The notes: generated by a model not told the origin, from the sequence alone. 32,177 bases of DNA from Danionella cerebrum (GCA_007224835.1 SRMA01025353.1:491535-523711), one strand, 5' to 3'. Positions 11,804 through 22,899 are shown, counted from the first letter of the stretch. Program-made: numbers and translations.

Positions 11804-11956
11804 AAAGCAAGCACCCAAGACTTGAATCGGTGGAGTCATTGGGGTACCACGGAGGGTCATGAGTTGGGGAGGGCAGCCAGCTGCTACATGACGAGGGAAG
11901 GGGCTTTGATCGATCACTCCCATTCAGTTTGGGAGGAGACAGCAATGATCCATCTC
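11804..11956 (-). CDS. cramp1: cramp1 coding exon 17 (G DGSLLSPPKLNGSDRSKPLPSSCSSWLPSPTHDPPWYPNDSTDSSLGCLL)
   Basis: Acceptor ctcttctctttaccag|GA and perfect donor T|GTAAGT. Matches human GEGVPLSPAKLNGSDSSKSLPSP..IASPTHDPQWYPSDSTDSSLSSLF. Confidence 0.8.
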
Positions 11957-12025
11957 CTGGTAAAGAGAAGAGTTGAGTGAGCCAATGAAATAAAAGCTGA
12001 AAAAGGTTCAACCCCTCAGTCGTAC

Positions 12026-12212
12026 CGTAGTGCGAGTTAATGGCAAGTTCAATAATAGAGTCACTGATTTGAGTTTGTGGACCCCCAGATGGAAGAGACT
12101 CCTCCAAAGGGCCCGGTAGAGAAATATCCAGTAAAGAAGCCACACTGGGAGGAGCCAAAAGAGAGTCTCCTCCTCCAGGAGATGGAGGAGAAACACCATT
12201 CTGCAGAGAATC
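12026..12212 (-). CDS. cramp1: cramp1 coding exon 16 (DSLQNGVSPPSPGGGDSLLAPPSVASLLDISLPGPLEESLPSGGPQTQISDSIIELAINSHY)
   Basis: Acceptor ttttgtccacag|GAT and donor TACG|GTACGA. Matches human PLQNGLSIP..SPPDVSALLDISLPGPPEDALSQGEPATHISDSIIEIAISSGQY. Confidence 0.8.
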
Positions 12213-12722
12213 CTGTGGACAAAATGATGACAAAAGTTTGGTTGCTATGGATATAAGGTTTCCTTTATATAACTATAGGTTATATAAAGCAACCCCTATG
12301 TCTTTATCATTAACTAAGGCTGAGATAGGGTCCAGAAAATTTGGTTGCTAGGGTAAAGTTTAGTTGCTAATGGCCATTGTAGAAGTCCGTGGTGCATTTT
12401 AACCCCTCCTAGAGCCAAGAGTTCAAATACTTTTGCACAGTTCTTTGCATGTTCTTGCACAGACTGGTAACCTCCACGAGTGTGGTCTGTTTGAAGTCTC
12501 TGTTTTTGAGTTACAGGTTTGCAAAGTTTCACCCCATGTTCCAGCATTCTCATTGATTTCCCAGAATTCTATATAACAACCTGAGTCAGACTAATTTGGA
12601 TGACCTGGCAAAGTTTGGTGGTTGTGGCTTGAATGCACTACGAGATGCGTTTGGAACTTTTAGAAGCCAACGTTAAGATCTTGAACTAGTCTTCAAGTTC
12701 TAGGGAAGGTGTGGTTTCTTAC

Positions 12723-12892
12723 CTCTGATGGCTCTGGGTCGGTTAAGTCGGGTTCTATCTCAGCCGGAGTAGAAGTTGAGTCCATGGCCTCTTCAGAATC
12801 CATCATGGGCTTGTCTACCCTAGAGGGCTCAACCTCATGACAAGGGCTGCCAGGGATTATACCGGCGGATTTGGCAGCCAGGTCAATTGCAC
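12723..12892 (-). CDS. cramp1: cramp1 coding exon 15 (S AIDLAAKSAGIIPGSP...DSTSTPAEIEPDLTDPEPSE)
   Basis: Acceptor tttttcag|GT and donor GAG|GTAAGA. Matches human SAIDLAATSAGILSGNP. Confidence 0.75.
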
Positions 12893-12969
12893 CTGAAAAA
12901 AATTCAAGACAAATTCGTTGTTGGGCTGGGGGTTCACCTGTTTAACAGATGTATGCTTGAGATTCTTAC

Positions 12970-13080
12970 TGGACAGCTCAGCAACAGATCCAGAACTAGA
13001 TGCAGCAGATAAAGCTTTAGTGGAAAGCTGGCGGCCTCCCGGAGAAAGACGTGTTTGAATTGGACGAAAAGAACCAGTGC
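12970..13080 (-). CDS. cramp1: cramp1 coding exon 14 (G TGSFRPIQTRLSPGGRQLSTKALSAASSSGSVAELS)
   Basis: Acceptor ttttatacag|GC and donor TCCA|GTAAGA. Matches human GRGSFRPIQSSLTKAALSRP. Confidence 0.7.
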
Positions 13081-14508
13081 CTGTATAAAAAAAGAGAGAA
13101 GTCGTGATTGACCCGGTCTTCCTGAGCGTAGAGAGCTTAATGTTGGCTTTACTCCACTTTCCTCCTTTGAAGTCTGATCTGTGATCTAATCTTCTACTAA
13201 ACTACATGACGTCAGAGATGGTTAAAACCAAACCACAAAAATCAGTTGCGACCATTGCGGCTGACCTGGGGTTGTTAGACATGTGCTCTTTGTTCCATTT
13301 CAACCCTTCACCTTCGTTCACGAGCATTCACGTGAGGCAAAGGGCTGTCCCAATTCTCTTTTGTAGACCAATGTGCATTCCTAAGGATGACTAGACCTAC
13401 GCTTTAAAACCAAGGGCTAAGATGGCTTCCAGCTCAACTAAAGAGACAGACAAAAGCTAGTTCTGCCAAAAAATGATAAATTAATTTTATGTCAAATTTC
13501 ATGTCAGCGTGTACTTTTAAAAAAAATCACACAAAAAAGCAAGTTTTGCAGTACTAATGCACCAAATATTAGCCTAATAACATTAACTGTTTGTGTTCTA
13601 TGCACACAACATAGAGGAACCAATGAAATCATTCAGTATTTTCGATAAGTTCAACAAAAGAAAAGCAGGGCTAACATGAAGGAGAAAAGAAAAGAGTAGC
13701 AGTCTGATCATGATTCACAGCAACGCTAGAAAGCACCAGGTGAACACAAAAAGAAATAGCGGACACAAAATGTTAATACGGAGAGTTTATCTGGCTAAAG
13801 AAAAGCAGTATATCAAAGTATATTCCCACAATGTGCCAAAAACCTTTCTTATTGCACATTAATATACTGCACAATCAATATATGTATTGCTATTTTTTTG
13901 TAAAACTTGTATATCATGTTCAAAGTACAACCTTCTGTAAAAATAATAGCAACTGTATATTTAGCCTTATATCCATAGAACAAACATCTGTAAATAATAG
14001 CAATAATCTTTCTATTTTGTACATATCTTTAACTTATGTCCTGCACCTGCTGCTTTTTTGCACTACTGGTTAGACGTAAACTGCTTTTTGTTGCCCTGTA
14101 CTTGTGCAATGATAATAAAGTTGAATCTAATCAAATCTAAGAAAAAAAGACAACTATTACCAAACGGTATGAGTTCAGAAGAGGAGAAGTTTGATAATGG
14201 AGCGATTAAAAGTGAAAAGAGTTAATAAAACTGTTTTGAAATTGGAAGATTAATTTAACGTTTATTGTGCAGTGGCTGTTTTACATTTAGTAAAGGAAAT
14301 TCACTTGGGATAGCTGTTTTCATTTCGGGCTAACAAAACCAGAGCAGTGCATGCTTGAAGGACTAGGTATTTTTAAAGTAATTCTAACGACCAAAACTCT
14401 ACGGTGTATATATTGTTAAAAAGATAAATAATGTGTTTTGTAAATAAACCCTGAACATGTAATTTCTTTATGAAGTGCTTTATATGGTGTGTGCGAGTGA
14501 GTCATCAC

Positions 14509-14590
14509 CTGTTGCAGAAGAATTTGAAAGGATGGAGAAGGAGCAGACGTGAGGTGAAGTGTCTCCCGCTGACCGTGGCAGCAGTGTTCG
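14509..14590 (-). CDS. cramp1: cramp1 coding exon 13 (RTLLPRSAGDTSPHVCSFSILSNSSAT)
   Basis: Acceptor tgtttaacag|CGA and donor ACAG|GTGATG. Matches human RTLLPRPSENQSHNVCSFSILSNSSVT. Confidence 0.75.
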
Positions 14591-14664
14591 CTGTTAAACA
14601 ATTTATTTTATTTATACGATACAGGAAAACATGAAGGACTATTTACAATTCAATCAGCGCTTAC

Positions 14665-14733
14665 CTGAACCACGAGAGGTTTTCTCAGAGGACGCCCTCT
14701 CCCTATTTTCCTTTGCTTTGAAAATATATCTGA
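14665..14733 (-). CDS. cramp1: cramp1 coding exon 12 (SDIFSKQRKIGRGRPLRKPLVVQ)
   Basis: Acceptor tttgtttctcag|TCA and donor CAG|GTAAGC. Matches human SDFFLPKPRKLRNRHLRKPLVVQ. Confidence 0.75.
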
Positions 14734-16100
14734 CTGAGAAACAAATAAAGAAAAAGTGAGGATGTTTCGTTTAGTTTTTCTTCTTATATTGGATTTAAAT
14801 ATAATATAACAAGTTGTATTTACATGTTTGTATCTTACAGGTAAGACAAATAAATATACATTTATAACTTTTACAGGTTTTGTGATCGATTATACAATTA
14901 GGAGAACTATTCAGTTTCAGTTTTAATACTTTTTGAGCTTTTCTGGATAAAGGGAAGGAACATCATTCTATTCTTGTGATGTTCGACTACAATTTACTAC
15001 GGCAAAATAAAAAATATAAGTTGTTACTAGTGTTCTATCTCTGTACCGGTGAGTAAATATCAACTAAATTTGCAGCATTAAGCGAACAAATGCAAAAGGA
15101 AAAACAGTCAGTAATCATTCATTCTTCTTGGTGGCAACTTAATCGGTAAAACCCTCAAGAACCGAGCATTTAAAGATTAATACAGGTCCTGTTACAGCCA
15201 CGCCCCAGTGGATCTAAACAAGTTTGACTAATAGCAGAATACCGCCGAAACTCAAACCATCTCTATTTAATCTTTATACTGTACACAACGCTTGTATCTG
15301 TGGTAAAACTATGAACTTACTATCTCTGTTTAGATTCAGTCCGAGCATGAGGAAGCCTCGGGTCGCCAAATATTTTAGATCTTCTTCAACATTACTAGTA
15401 AAGTTATTGTTTCCAGAGATTAAATTCTCATTTATTTAGTTGTTTTAATAATAGATACTACTAATTAAAAAAAAAAAGATTTAATTTGCTGATGATAAAA
15501 TTGTAATATGTGTCTCGTACACTTACGATTAAAGCATGTTTATTTTGTTCGATTAAATGCAAAGCTGAATTGTTAACATTTTTATAATATCTCAAGCATG
15601 TATTGAAGCATATATTGGTAGATTTATTATTTTATTTTACTTTTGTTTGTGTTTTTCTATTTGTTTTTGGAAACGGTACAGTTTAAAAGCATTGATCTTG
15701 CACAAGAATTCTGAGATGAATCACAAATGAAACGTTCTTTGGTGTGGCTACGGAAGAAACTGATTGTTTTTGTTATTTTGCCAAATGTGAGAGTACTGTG
15801 AGGGGCCAAGAGAGCCTGCAGCCGGCTCCAGACCCATTTTTTAAACCTGACCTATTTCCCGAATTTAAGTCTTTTTAATAACCTGCAAACAACAAAATCA
15901 CTTTATGTACAAACAACACTCAAATATAGAGTTATTAAAATAAATAAACCTTGAATTATAAATGATTGCTGTATTACAACAATGGTCACAGATTTATTTT
16001 CAAAGGTTTTAATTTCACAAAAGTTAGGAAGGCTAATACTGCAGAAAATACGAAAGTCGGTAATTCACTATTGAAGTTATTTATTTAAAACACAACTCAC

Positions 16101-16261
16101 ACTGATGGAGTCCAACTGTTGGCGAAACGCTAGCTCCGCCTCTTTGTTAGGAGAAAACATCCGAAACTGCCGTGAGCTGTTTGGAGGCAGAGTTGTGGGG
16201 ATGGCAAAACCTTCACTGTCCCCTCCGGACCCCAACAGAGCACGGGGTAGGTTCCTTCCAC
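16101..16261 (-). CDS. cramp1: cramp1 coding exon 11 (GGRNLPRALLGSGGDSEGFAIPTTLPPNSSRQFRMFSPNKEAELAFRQQLDSIS)
   Basis: Acceptor ggttttcacag|GT and donor AGT|GTGAGT. Matches human GGLFAVPTTLPPNSRHGKLFSPSKEAELTFRQHLNSIS. Confidence 0.8.
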
Positions 16262-16397
16262 CTGTGAAAACCAAAACAACATCGACTACAGCTTGTTAAA
16301 CGAATATGACGCAGGGATATCATCACTATGCAGATAATGGTGACGCCGTGGTTGCCAGAAGTCTATTCTACAGCATTATCCAAAAGAGTAAACGTAC

Positions 16398-16563
16398 CTG
16401 ATATTGGATAATTTAGATTCATTTTTGAGCGTGCAACATGCTGCTGTCGACCCCAGCTAGGGCTACGGGTTGCCCCGGTGAGGGGTCTGCCTGGAGGAGT
16501 AACAGAGGATTCTTCTTGACCTGACTTGAATGGAGATGTTCCAACCGAGCACACCTCGGGGGT
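16398..16563 (-). CDS. cramp1: cramp1 coding exon 10 (TPEVCSVGTSPFKSGQEESSVTPPGRPLTGATRSPSWGRQQHVARSKMNLNYPIS)
   Basis: Acceptor ttcctag|ACC and donor CAG|GTACGT. Matches human ..RPAQEEQSMTPPGKVVTVSSRSPRCPRNQASLRSSK. Confidence 0.7.
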
Positions 16564-16648
16564 CTAGGAATTTAAACAGATTCCGTTGCTAAAACACTGA
16601 ATTCTGAAAGTAATTGTAAGAAGAAAAAAAAAAAGACATGATCCTCAC

Positions 16649-17476
16649 TGGTTTGGGGTTGACCTCTGATGAGACGAGCCTCAAAAGACACCGAAGCACA
16701 TTTTGAGTGCTGGCAGGAGAGGTTTGCGACTTTGCCTGCCATTCATACTCCAGCTGAAGTTTGCCAGGCTTTCCCAGCATGAGGTAGAGTTCCGCCAGCG
16801 TCACATTCTCTGAGCCCTGCGAGCTCCAGCCTTCTTCTCGTATTTGTTGAGGAGATCGTCCACTCCCAGCTGCTTCCTCAACACGTAACTGAGGTTCTAA
16901 CGGAGGTAGCACCTTTTCTGTTGAAAGCGCTCCTGTTGCTCCAGACTCCTGGGGGTCTGGGACGCCCTGGGACTCTACACAGGTTTCATCCCTCTGAATG
17001 ACTGTCTCGGATTGTTGCTCTAGTCCACCAGCTTCAATCTGAGCCACTGACTCCTGCTCCACAGACCCTGTCGCATTTCCCTCTGCTCCATCAGGAAGTG
17101 AAGCGGGGATGGGTGGGCTGACTGGAGAGCTGATGCTATGGATTGGGTTTGTGCTGGTCTCCAACCCTGGAGCTGAAGTAACGCTTTCAGAACCTTCGGT
17201 GGGTGGTCCTTCGCCTCTTTTAGTGTCCGATTTCCCTGATTTTCCTCTAGCAGGCTGAATTCCCAGTATGTGTGCTGTAGGCAAGTCCCTAATACCCGTC
17301 CGGCCTCGCCCACTCTCCTGCCAGTGCACTGTGCAGGACGCCTTGGAGTGCACGACTCGAGCCACACCAGGCAAAGCTGTAACCGTGCTGTTCTCTGCAG
17401 GAAACAACAACAGATCCTCTGACGGGCGAGACTGGGGAAGAATGTCTAGTGCTTCTCGTTCTTCCAGACTCTGCCG
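16649..17476 (-). CDS. cramp1: cramp1 coding exon 9, large central exon (RQSLEEREALD...PGVARVVHSKASCTVHWQ...TLAELYLMLGKPGKLQLEYEWQ...RLVSSEVNPKP)
   Basis: Acceptor gatgtgcag|CGG and donor CCA|GTGAGG. Matches ORF track 16589..17668 (-). Conserved with human ..PLPGVARVVHSKAFCTVHWQ.. and LTLAEVYLMMGKPSKLQLEYDWL..STEVNPK. Confidence 0.8.
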
Positions 17477-17574
17477 CTGCACATCATGGGTTAAGGTTAA
17501 CAAGTTAAAGCAGACAAATCTATCAGGAAGTCTCTGACGATGGAAGAAAATGAAACTCATGACTGTAAGGATAC

Positions 17575-17656
17575 AATTCGTTGATCCTGGAGAGCCCACT
17601 TTTGCTTCAGGAATTCGATCAGAGTTGAGACTTTTCGATGCAACTCGATGACCATC
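17575..17656 (-). CDS. cramp1: cramp1 coding exon 8 (MVIELHRKVSTLIEFLKQKWALQDQRI)
   Basis: Acceptor tgtgctcgcag|G. Matches human MIVELHRKVSSLIEFLKQKWALHEVRV. The 3' end is placed at AATT|GTATCC because the reading frame must shift before the next conserved block. This boundary is the least certain in the gene. Confidence 0.55.
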
Positions 17657-17857
17657 CTGCGAGCACATGGTTGAGGGAACAAGACAAATTAAGAAGCTTC
17701 ACTTCACTCAAAAAAATCTTCATTAGATGTATAATATTGCAGGTGATGTACGAGTAAGTCTTTCCTTTTAAATCAGACGGCTTCTGGTTTAAATGTGTAT
17801 ATTTGCAGAATGCACCATTGTCTTTTTAATGCTACAAAAACCCAGTTAGCTTTTCAC

Positions 17858-17981
17858 CTGAGCCGAGGATTATGGGCTAGACTCTGAACCCGAGCCCAGG
17901 AGTGATTGCTGCGAGGCTGAAGTTCAACAGCCACCTTCAGGGGTAAGCGCACAGGCTTCTGATCCTCCTCATCACTCACAC
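17858..17981 (-). CDS. cramp1: cramp1 coding exon 7 (GVSDEEDQKPVRLPLKVAVELQPRSNHSWARVQSLAHNPRLR)
   Basis: Acceptor ccttggtttag|GT and donor AG|GTGAAA. Matches human GLSDEEDQKPVRLPLKVPIELQPRNNHAWARVQSLAQNPRLR. Overlaps ORF track 17854..18036 (-). Confidence 0.85.
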
Positions 17982-18158
17982 CTAAACCAAGGGGGAAAAA
18001 AAAGCATCGTATGAAGCAGACAACACCATCTCCCAAATATATTCCCCATCAACACCCATTCTGTAGTAATAACTCTCCATTCTGGGGATCCACGCTACAT
18101 AAATACACCCAGCTTACATCATTCAATCGATTTGAGTTGTTTTACAAGGCAAACACAC

Positions 18159-18244
18159 CATCGGGGTCGCAGATTTTTTTCAGAGCACGGCACATGGGGG
18201 CTTTGATCCTCAGGTTTCTGCCTTTGGAACGCACCGTGGTGGCT
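18159..18244 (-). CDS. cramp1: cramp1 coding exon 6 (ATTVRSKGRNLRIKAPMCRALKKICDPD)
   Basis: Acceptor ccttttcag|A and donor GATG|GTGTGT. Matches human ATTVRYKGRNLRIKAPMCRALKKLCDPD. Confidence 0.8.
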
Positions 18245-18326
18245 CTGAAAAGGATTACCACAGATAAGAATGAACAAATATCACAATAATATTGATTTCA
18301 TGTTTTGCTCCAACACAAACACTTAC

Positions 18327-18375
18327 CCCTGCTGGATGAGCTCGTTTAGCTTGGCCACATTTTTGTCATCCATCA
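18327..18375 (-). CDS. cramp1: cramp1 coding exon 5 (L MDDKNVAKLNELIQQ)
   Basis: Acceptor tgtttcttgtag|TG and donor GG|GTAAGT. Matches human CMDDKNATKLNELIQV. The junction codon gives Leu rather than Cys. Confidence 0.65.
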
Positions 18376-18476
18376 CTACAAGAAACAGGAAGGAATGTTG
18401 GATTCAAAATGTCCTCCCGTACTACCAATCGAATTTACCCCTACAATCAAAACATCTATTTGCCTTATGTACTTAC

Positions 18477-18560
18477 ATCCTCCAACCTTCTTCCTGAGTT
18501 CTGCGTAACAGATGAGGCCGTAGAGCTCCTGAGAGGACTTTTTCAGCACACGTGAATACA
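18477..18560 (-). CDS. cramp1: cramp1 coding exon 4 (YSRVLKKSSQELYGLICYAELRKKVGG)
   Basis: Acceptor gctttctcag|TG and perfect donor T|GTAAGT. Matches human FSRGLKKSSQELYGLICYGELRKKIGG. Confidence 0.8.
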
Positions 18561-18647
18561 CTGAGAAAGCAGATTATGAACTCCAGTTTGGGTTTGTTAT
18601 GAATTCTAATAAGTAGTATGTGCAAATACCAATCATTGTACTCTCAC

Positions 18648-18801
18648 CGTTGTTGAAATCAATGTGTTTGGAAATCTTGTGCCAGGTCCGGTAGTAGAAA
18701 TGGCGCACCTGCTCTTTGTTCTTCACCATACTAGCAGGTTTTCCCTTCTTCTTATATTTAAGAGCGATGTTGTTCTGGATGGCTTCAAAATCCTTCCCGT
18801 G
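18648..18801 (-). CDS. cramp1: cramp1 coding exon 3, SANT/Myb-like domain (HGKDFEAIQNNIALKYKKKGKPASMVKNKEQVRHFYYRTWHKISKHIDFNN)
   Basis: Acceptor ctgctttag|CAC and donor AACG|GTGAGA. Almost identical to the human CRAMP1 SANT region. Confidence 0.85.
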
Positions 18802-18872
18802 CTAAAGCAGTACAGGTGTTGGTTTCATAAGAATCAGCAAGTCTTAAATGATCATGAAAGCAGACAAGTCAC

Positions 18873-19075
18873 CTCATAAAGTCCTTCAAAGAAACTGTTC
18901 TTGTCTTCAGTGCTCCAAGACTCCCATTGTCTGCGCACACGTTTCTGACTGCCTCCTTCCTCCTTATCTGAAGGCCCCTGGCCCTTTGGAGCAGACTTGG
19001 TTGTACCAGCTGGTCCTGAGCTTGCAGCTGAACCCACAGAGGCTGCCACACACAAGGAAAGACCTCCGTCTGCAC
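18873..19075 (-). CDS. cramp1: cramp1 coding exon 2 (..KRVRRQWESWSTEDKNSFFEGLYE)
   Basis: Acceptor gtgcttctcag|GT and donor GAG|GTGACT. Matches human KVRRQWESWSTEDKNTFFEGLYE. Confidence 0.8.
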
Positions 19076-19249
19076 CTGAGAAGCACAGAGGAGTGGACAA
19101 GAGGTTGATATGCATCATTTTCACACAAATTCTGCGATTATTACAAAACTAAAGTCTAACAAGTACTTGCATGAATGTATATTTTGTACATATACATGCA
19201 CATAGGTATTCTTCATTCTATAACATCATGAATAACTGTTTAAAATGTT

Positions 19250-19640
19250 CAAAAGAGCTGCATGCAACAAAAATCCTGTGCGACATCTGTGTTAGTGTGT
19301 ATACTTGTTCATATTGCATGCTGCAGCATGTTTGTCCGGCCTTTGTAACATCTGCAGACCATGTTTTGGTCCCGTGCAACACATTTGTGGGTCAATCCGA
19401 CATCTGTGTCATGTGTCGGCCCTGTGAGACGTATTTGTAAGCCCCATGCAACCTCTGCTGGTCCCATGCAACATCTGCTACAGTTGCCAGTCCGTGCGAC
19501 ATCTTCGATACGTGCAACGTGTGTCTGTCTCTTGCGATATATTTGTCAGCCCCATGCGATATCTGCAACACATTTGTCGGCCCTGTGCTACAACTGCGAC
19601 ACGTGTAGGACCATCCTACATCCCTGACACATGTCGGTCT
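19250..19640. repeat. degenerate minisatellite (~20-27 bp unit, consensus roughly GYCCNTGCRACAYNTSTG) in cramp1 intron 1
   Basis: Repeated ..gtcccgtgcaacacatttgtgg / gccccatgcaacctctgctg / gtcccatgcaacatctgctaca / cccatgcgatatctgcaacacatttgtcg.. The overlapping same-frame ORFs 19171-19688 are artefacts of this periodicity. Confidence 0.6.
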
Positions 19641-20075
19641 CATGTGTTTTTTATTATTACAGTGTTATTATTATTAATAATAAAGTAATTTTCCCATTTC
19701 ATGTTGTGTTTAACTTTAATTTAAAGTACAGTAAGAGTTAGGGTTACTGTCTCAGCTGTTGTCGCTCTGTGTTACATACTATACCAAGCCAGTGGAAAAG
19801 CTCTTGTAGGATCAGAATGAAACTTCTTCCAGACTTGTCTCTTGCTGTGGGTGATTAATACACCGGTGATAAGAAAAAAAAAAGTAAACCATCGTTGAAA
19901 CTAATAATGTATGAAACTGTTCTGAAGTTTACAAGAAGTTAATCTTGTTGGTGTCAAGTGCTCATCAAGGTTCACAGCATTACTTCTGGCTCAACGGGAA
20001 TTGAAAATAGAGTTTAAAAGGCGTGATGCTACTATAAACAGTGACAGGTGACCAGTGGTCGCGAAGGCCACTCAC

Positions 20076-20430
20076 CTTTCGCTTTTGCTCCGCCGTGACC
20101 GTTCAGCGCTGGGGACGAGGCATCTTTCCGTATCCGCTTGCTTGGAGGTCGCACGCTGGAGCGTAGAAAATGATGCTGGTCCTGGTTGCTCGGGGCCGCC
20201 AGAACCGGGGAAAGGGCTGTCGGGTTGAGTTGGACTCCTGGTGGGCTTGATGTTTGGGTGGGAAGGGTGAGAGCACTGTTTGATGGATTAAATGTTTCCT
20301 CTCCGACTCTCTTTGTACTCGTCTCCTCGCTCGCCTGATCTGCGCTCTCTCCATCCTCGCCTCCTTCGGGCTTTCGGTCCAGTTTGCTCGGCCCCTCGAC
20401 ACCCGAACCGCCCCCTTGGCCCACTGTCAT
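20076..20430 (-). CDS. cramp1: cramp1 coding exon 1 (MTVGQGGGSGVEG...DQHHFLRSSVRPPSKRIRKD...GHGGAKAK + 1 nt); donor AAAG|GTGAGT
   Basis: ATG at 20430-20428 in cgcaggATGa context. Matches human CRAMP1 MTVKLGDGGSGEDG...DQHHFLRSSVRPQSKRPRKD. Lies in the CpG island. Confidence 0.8.
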
Positions 20431-21130
20431 CCTGCGTAAACACAAACAAAGCATACCCATAAACATTTTCCGCGACACAAAACAACGATCAACTTGGAAG
20501 GACGACGTTCTGCTCAACTCAACATGGCCGCCGCTGTTTGTTTCAAATCCCCTCTCACAGTCCCGACAAATCGTACCGAAAAAACACCCCTTTGTTTATT
20601 CACGAATGTGATAAAAACCACAAATTCTGCTTTCGTCCCAGCATCCCTTTTAGGTAGTTTCTCGAGCCTCGAGTCGCGAGCTGTCGGTTATTGAGATTCA
20701 AGCGCGAGCGCCTTCACTTTAGCGCCCTGCAGAAACGACAAGACGACGACGCAAATCTTTCGCACATTCGACCTCTATCTAAAGTGCTTGTTTCCCCAGC
20801 TCCCTTACCCATTTTCGGGCTCTTCGGAAGCAGACGTCGTCTTCTTTCTCTTCACCATGAGTTCGGAGGTTTTTGGGGCCGGAAATGGACGAATTTGAAC
20901 ATATTCAAAGCGCAAACGAGGTCAGGCAAAGTCGTCCTCTCCAGGCTGCTGCTCTACTGGGGTTCAACTCCGCGCAACGCAACTAGGCACTCTCGTAGCC
21001 ACAGCAACTCCGACCCATAAACTCACGAGTTTTACCAAAACAGCAACAGAAAACTGTCTATCATCCGTTTACGCTGAAACGCAAGCCGTTTGGATCCGAG
21101 CCTTCTTCGGTACTGCTTTTGAGGCGTTTC
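20431..21130 (-). promoter_or_regulatory. cramp1: cramp1 CpG-island promoter and 5'UTR
   Basis: High CpG density (cgcg, gcgcg runs) continues from coding exon 1 upstream to about 21.1 kb. The track ORFs here are overlapping-frame artefacts. Confidence 0.55.
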
Positions 21131-22899
21131 GAGCCATGCAAACGTAAATGCGTCCACTGCTACTATAACTGGACTTTGCTTACTCTACGTCATCATAACC
21201 TACAGAGCTAAAGCTGGTTAATTGTAAATATTTACACTTTGCTTTTTGACCACTAGTCCCAAACTAATCCTAGTTGGTTGATTTCATCAGGAAGACTAAC
21301 CCATCAGTGATGGAGTTAGTATAAATCACGTACACAGGAGGGGTGTGGTGAGGCATTTGCATGCCATGCAATATATTTAAACATTACACATGCCATCTCA
21401 TAGCTCACACCCCTACATGCATTCCTATATTTTGCATTAAAAAGTCTTTTTTTAGTCAATTCAAGCAATGCTTCTTGATTTGCACAGTCCTCTGCAGAAA
21501 ACATTGATTGTCAAGACACAATAAATGATGAATGGAATTCAGTGGAGAAGATTTGAAGACATATTGTAGCCAACACTATGCAATATATACCCTGTGTACA
21601 AAACAACTTCCAGATGAATATTGTCTTGAAATACGACCCAACATCAGCTGCACAACAACTGTCACCAACAGCTGCAGCTATTACTGGCCAGCAAAACAGA
21701 TTTATAACACTTTTCATTCACTCCCTTGCTCTCTTACGGTCACATCATTACATTCATTCCTAGACTAGCTCACAATTTGGCTATTTTTTTAAAGCAATCT
21801 TCTGTACATCAATTACAAACAATCTTACTGTAACAACTTGGGTTTTACACAAAAATGTAAATAAATAAAAAAAAACTAACCCTGGTTGACAATTGTTCAG
21901 TTAATAAAAACTCTTTTAGGAAACCCATACATGTAGTAAGTATACTTTTGAATTGTATTAAATCCTCCAGGATAAGCAATCCAACTGACCTTAATGTTGA
22001 GAAAGTAAGCTAACTTGCTAGCTAAAAGGTTCCCTTTTCGATGGCGGCAGGTGTACATTATTAGATTAGAGTGTTACCAATAATCACAGCTTGTTGAGAA
22101 AAGATTAAAACATAGTCTGTACCTATTTAGGAGACTTATTTTGGCCTCGAAAAACTCCACGTTATCCTGAAAGACCAAGCCAGATGGAACACTGGAGAAC
22201 CACTGAGCACAGCATCTCTTCCTGTTTTCCTCTGCTTTTAGACACGCCCACCACAACCAAAAACAAACCATCAGATTGGTCGGAGGAACGAGCGTTGCCC
22301 TTGGTGTCGACGTGTAAGTGACATGATTGACATTTAAACCATCCAATCAAACACGCTAGCGTGGTGGGAGCTGTTTACGCGTCCAATCAAACAATAGTAG
22401 AAAGTCTCTCTCCACCCATTGCTTTTAAACAACGGTCCCACCCAAAATGAACAAAGACGTGGAAACTGTTAAAAATGTATGTTTGACCCCGATGTTTATA
22501 CTTTCGTTTCTTTTTCAAATAGCGTGCATATTAATTTGTCTTCAACAAAATCAAAAGAAGGCGATTTTTAAAGGAACAATTAGGCCGTTAACATTTAAAT
22601 TAATGTGTCTAATCAACGCCAAAAACTAAGCATTGTTAGCTTACACATCACATTCAACATTTCTTAAACAAAGTCATACTGAAACAAAACAACGAAACCT
22701 GGTCTTTTTAATAACAATACAACATATCCTCTTAAAGTAATTATATTAAAAAAAATGTTTTACGTTATAAAAATTCTGTAACACTTAAACGTTTCTTTCG
22801 GTTTTTATTTATTTTTTGTTTACCATGTGTACGTTTTTAGAAAAGGAACATAAAATTACGTGAGTGGAAGTGTGGATTTAATATAATAGTTAATTTTTA

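Noticed and set aside
20032-21020. Multiple overlapping ORFs in the cramp1 CpG island (20103..20402, 20288..20485, 20384..20611, 20691..21020)
   Set aside because: Alternative frames of GC-rich exon 1/5'UTR. Only the frame matching human CRAMP1 (MTVGQGGGSG...) is supported.
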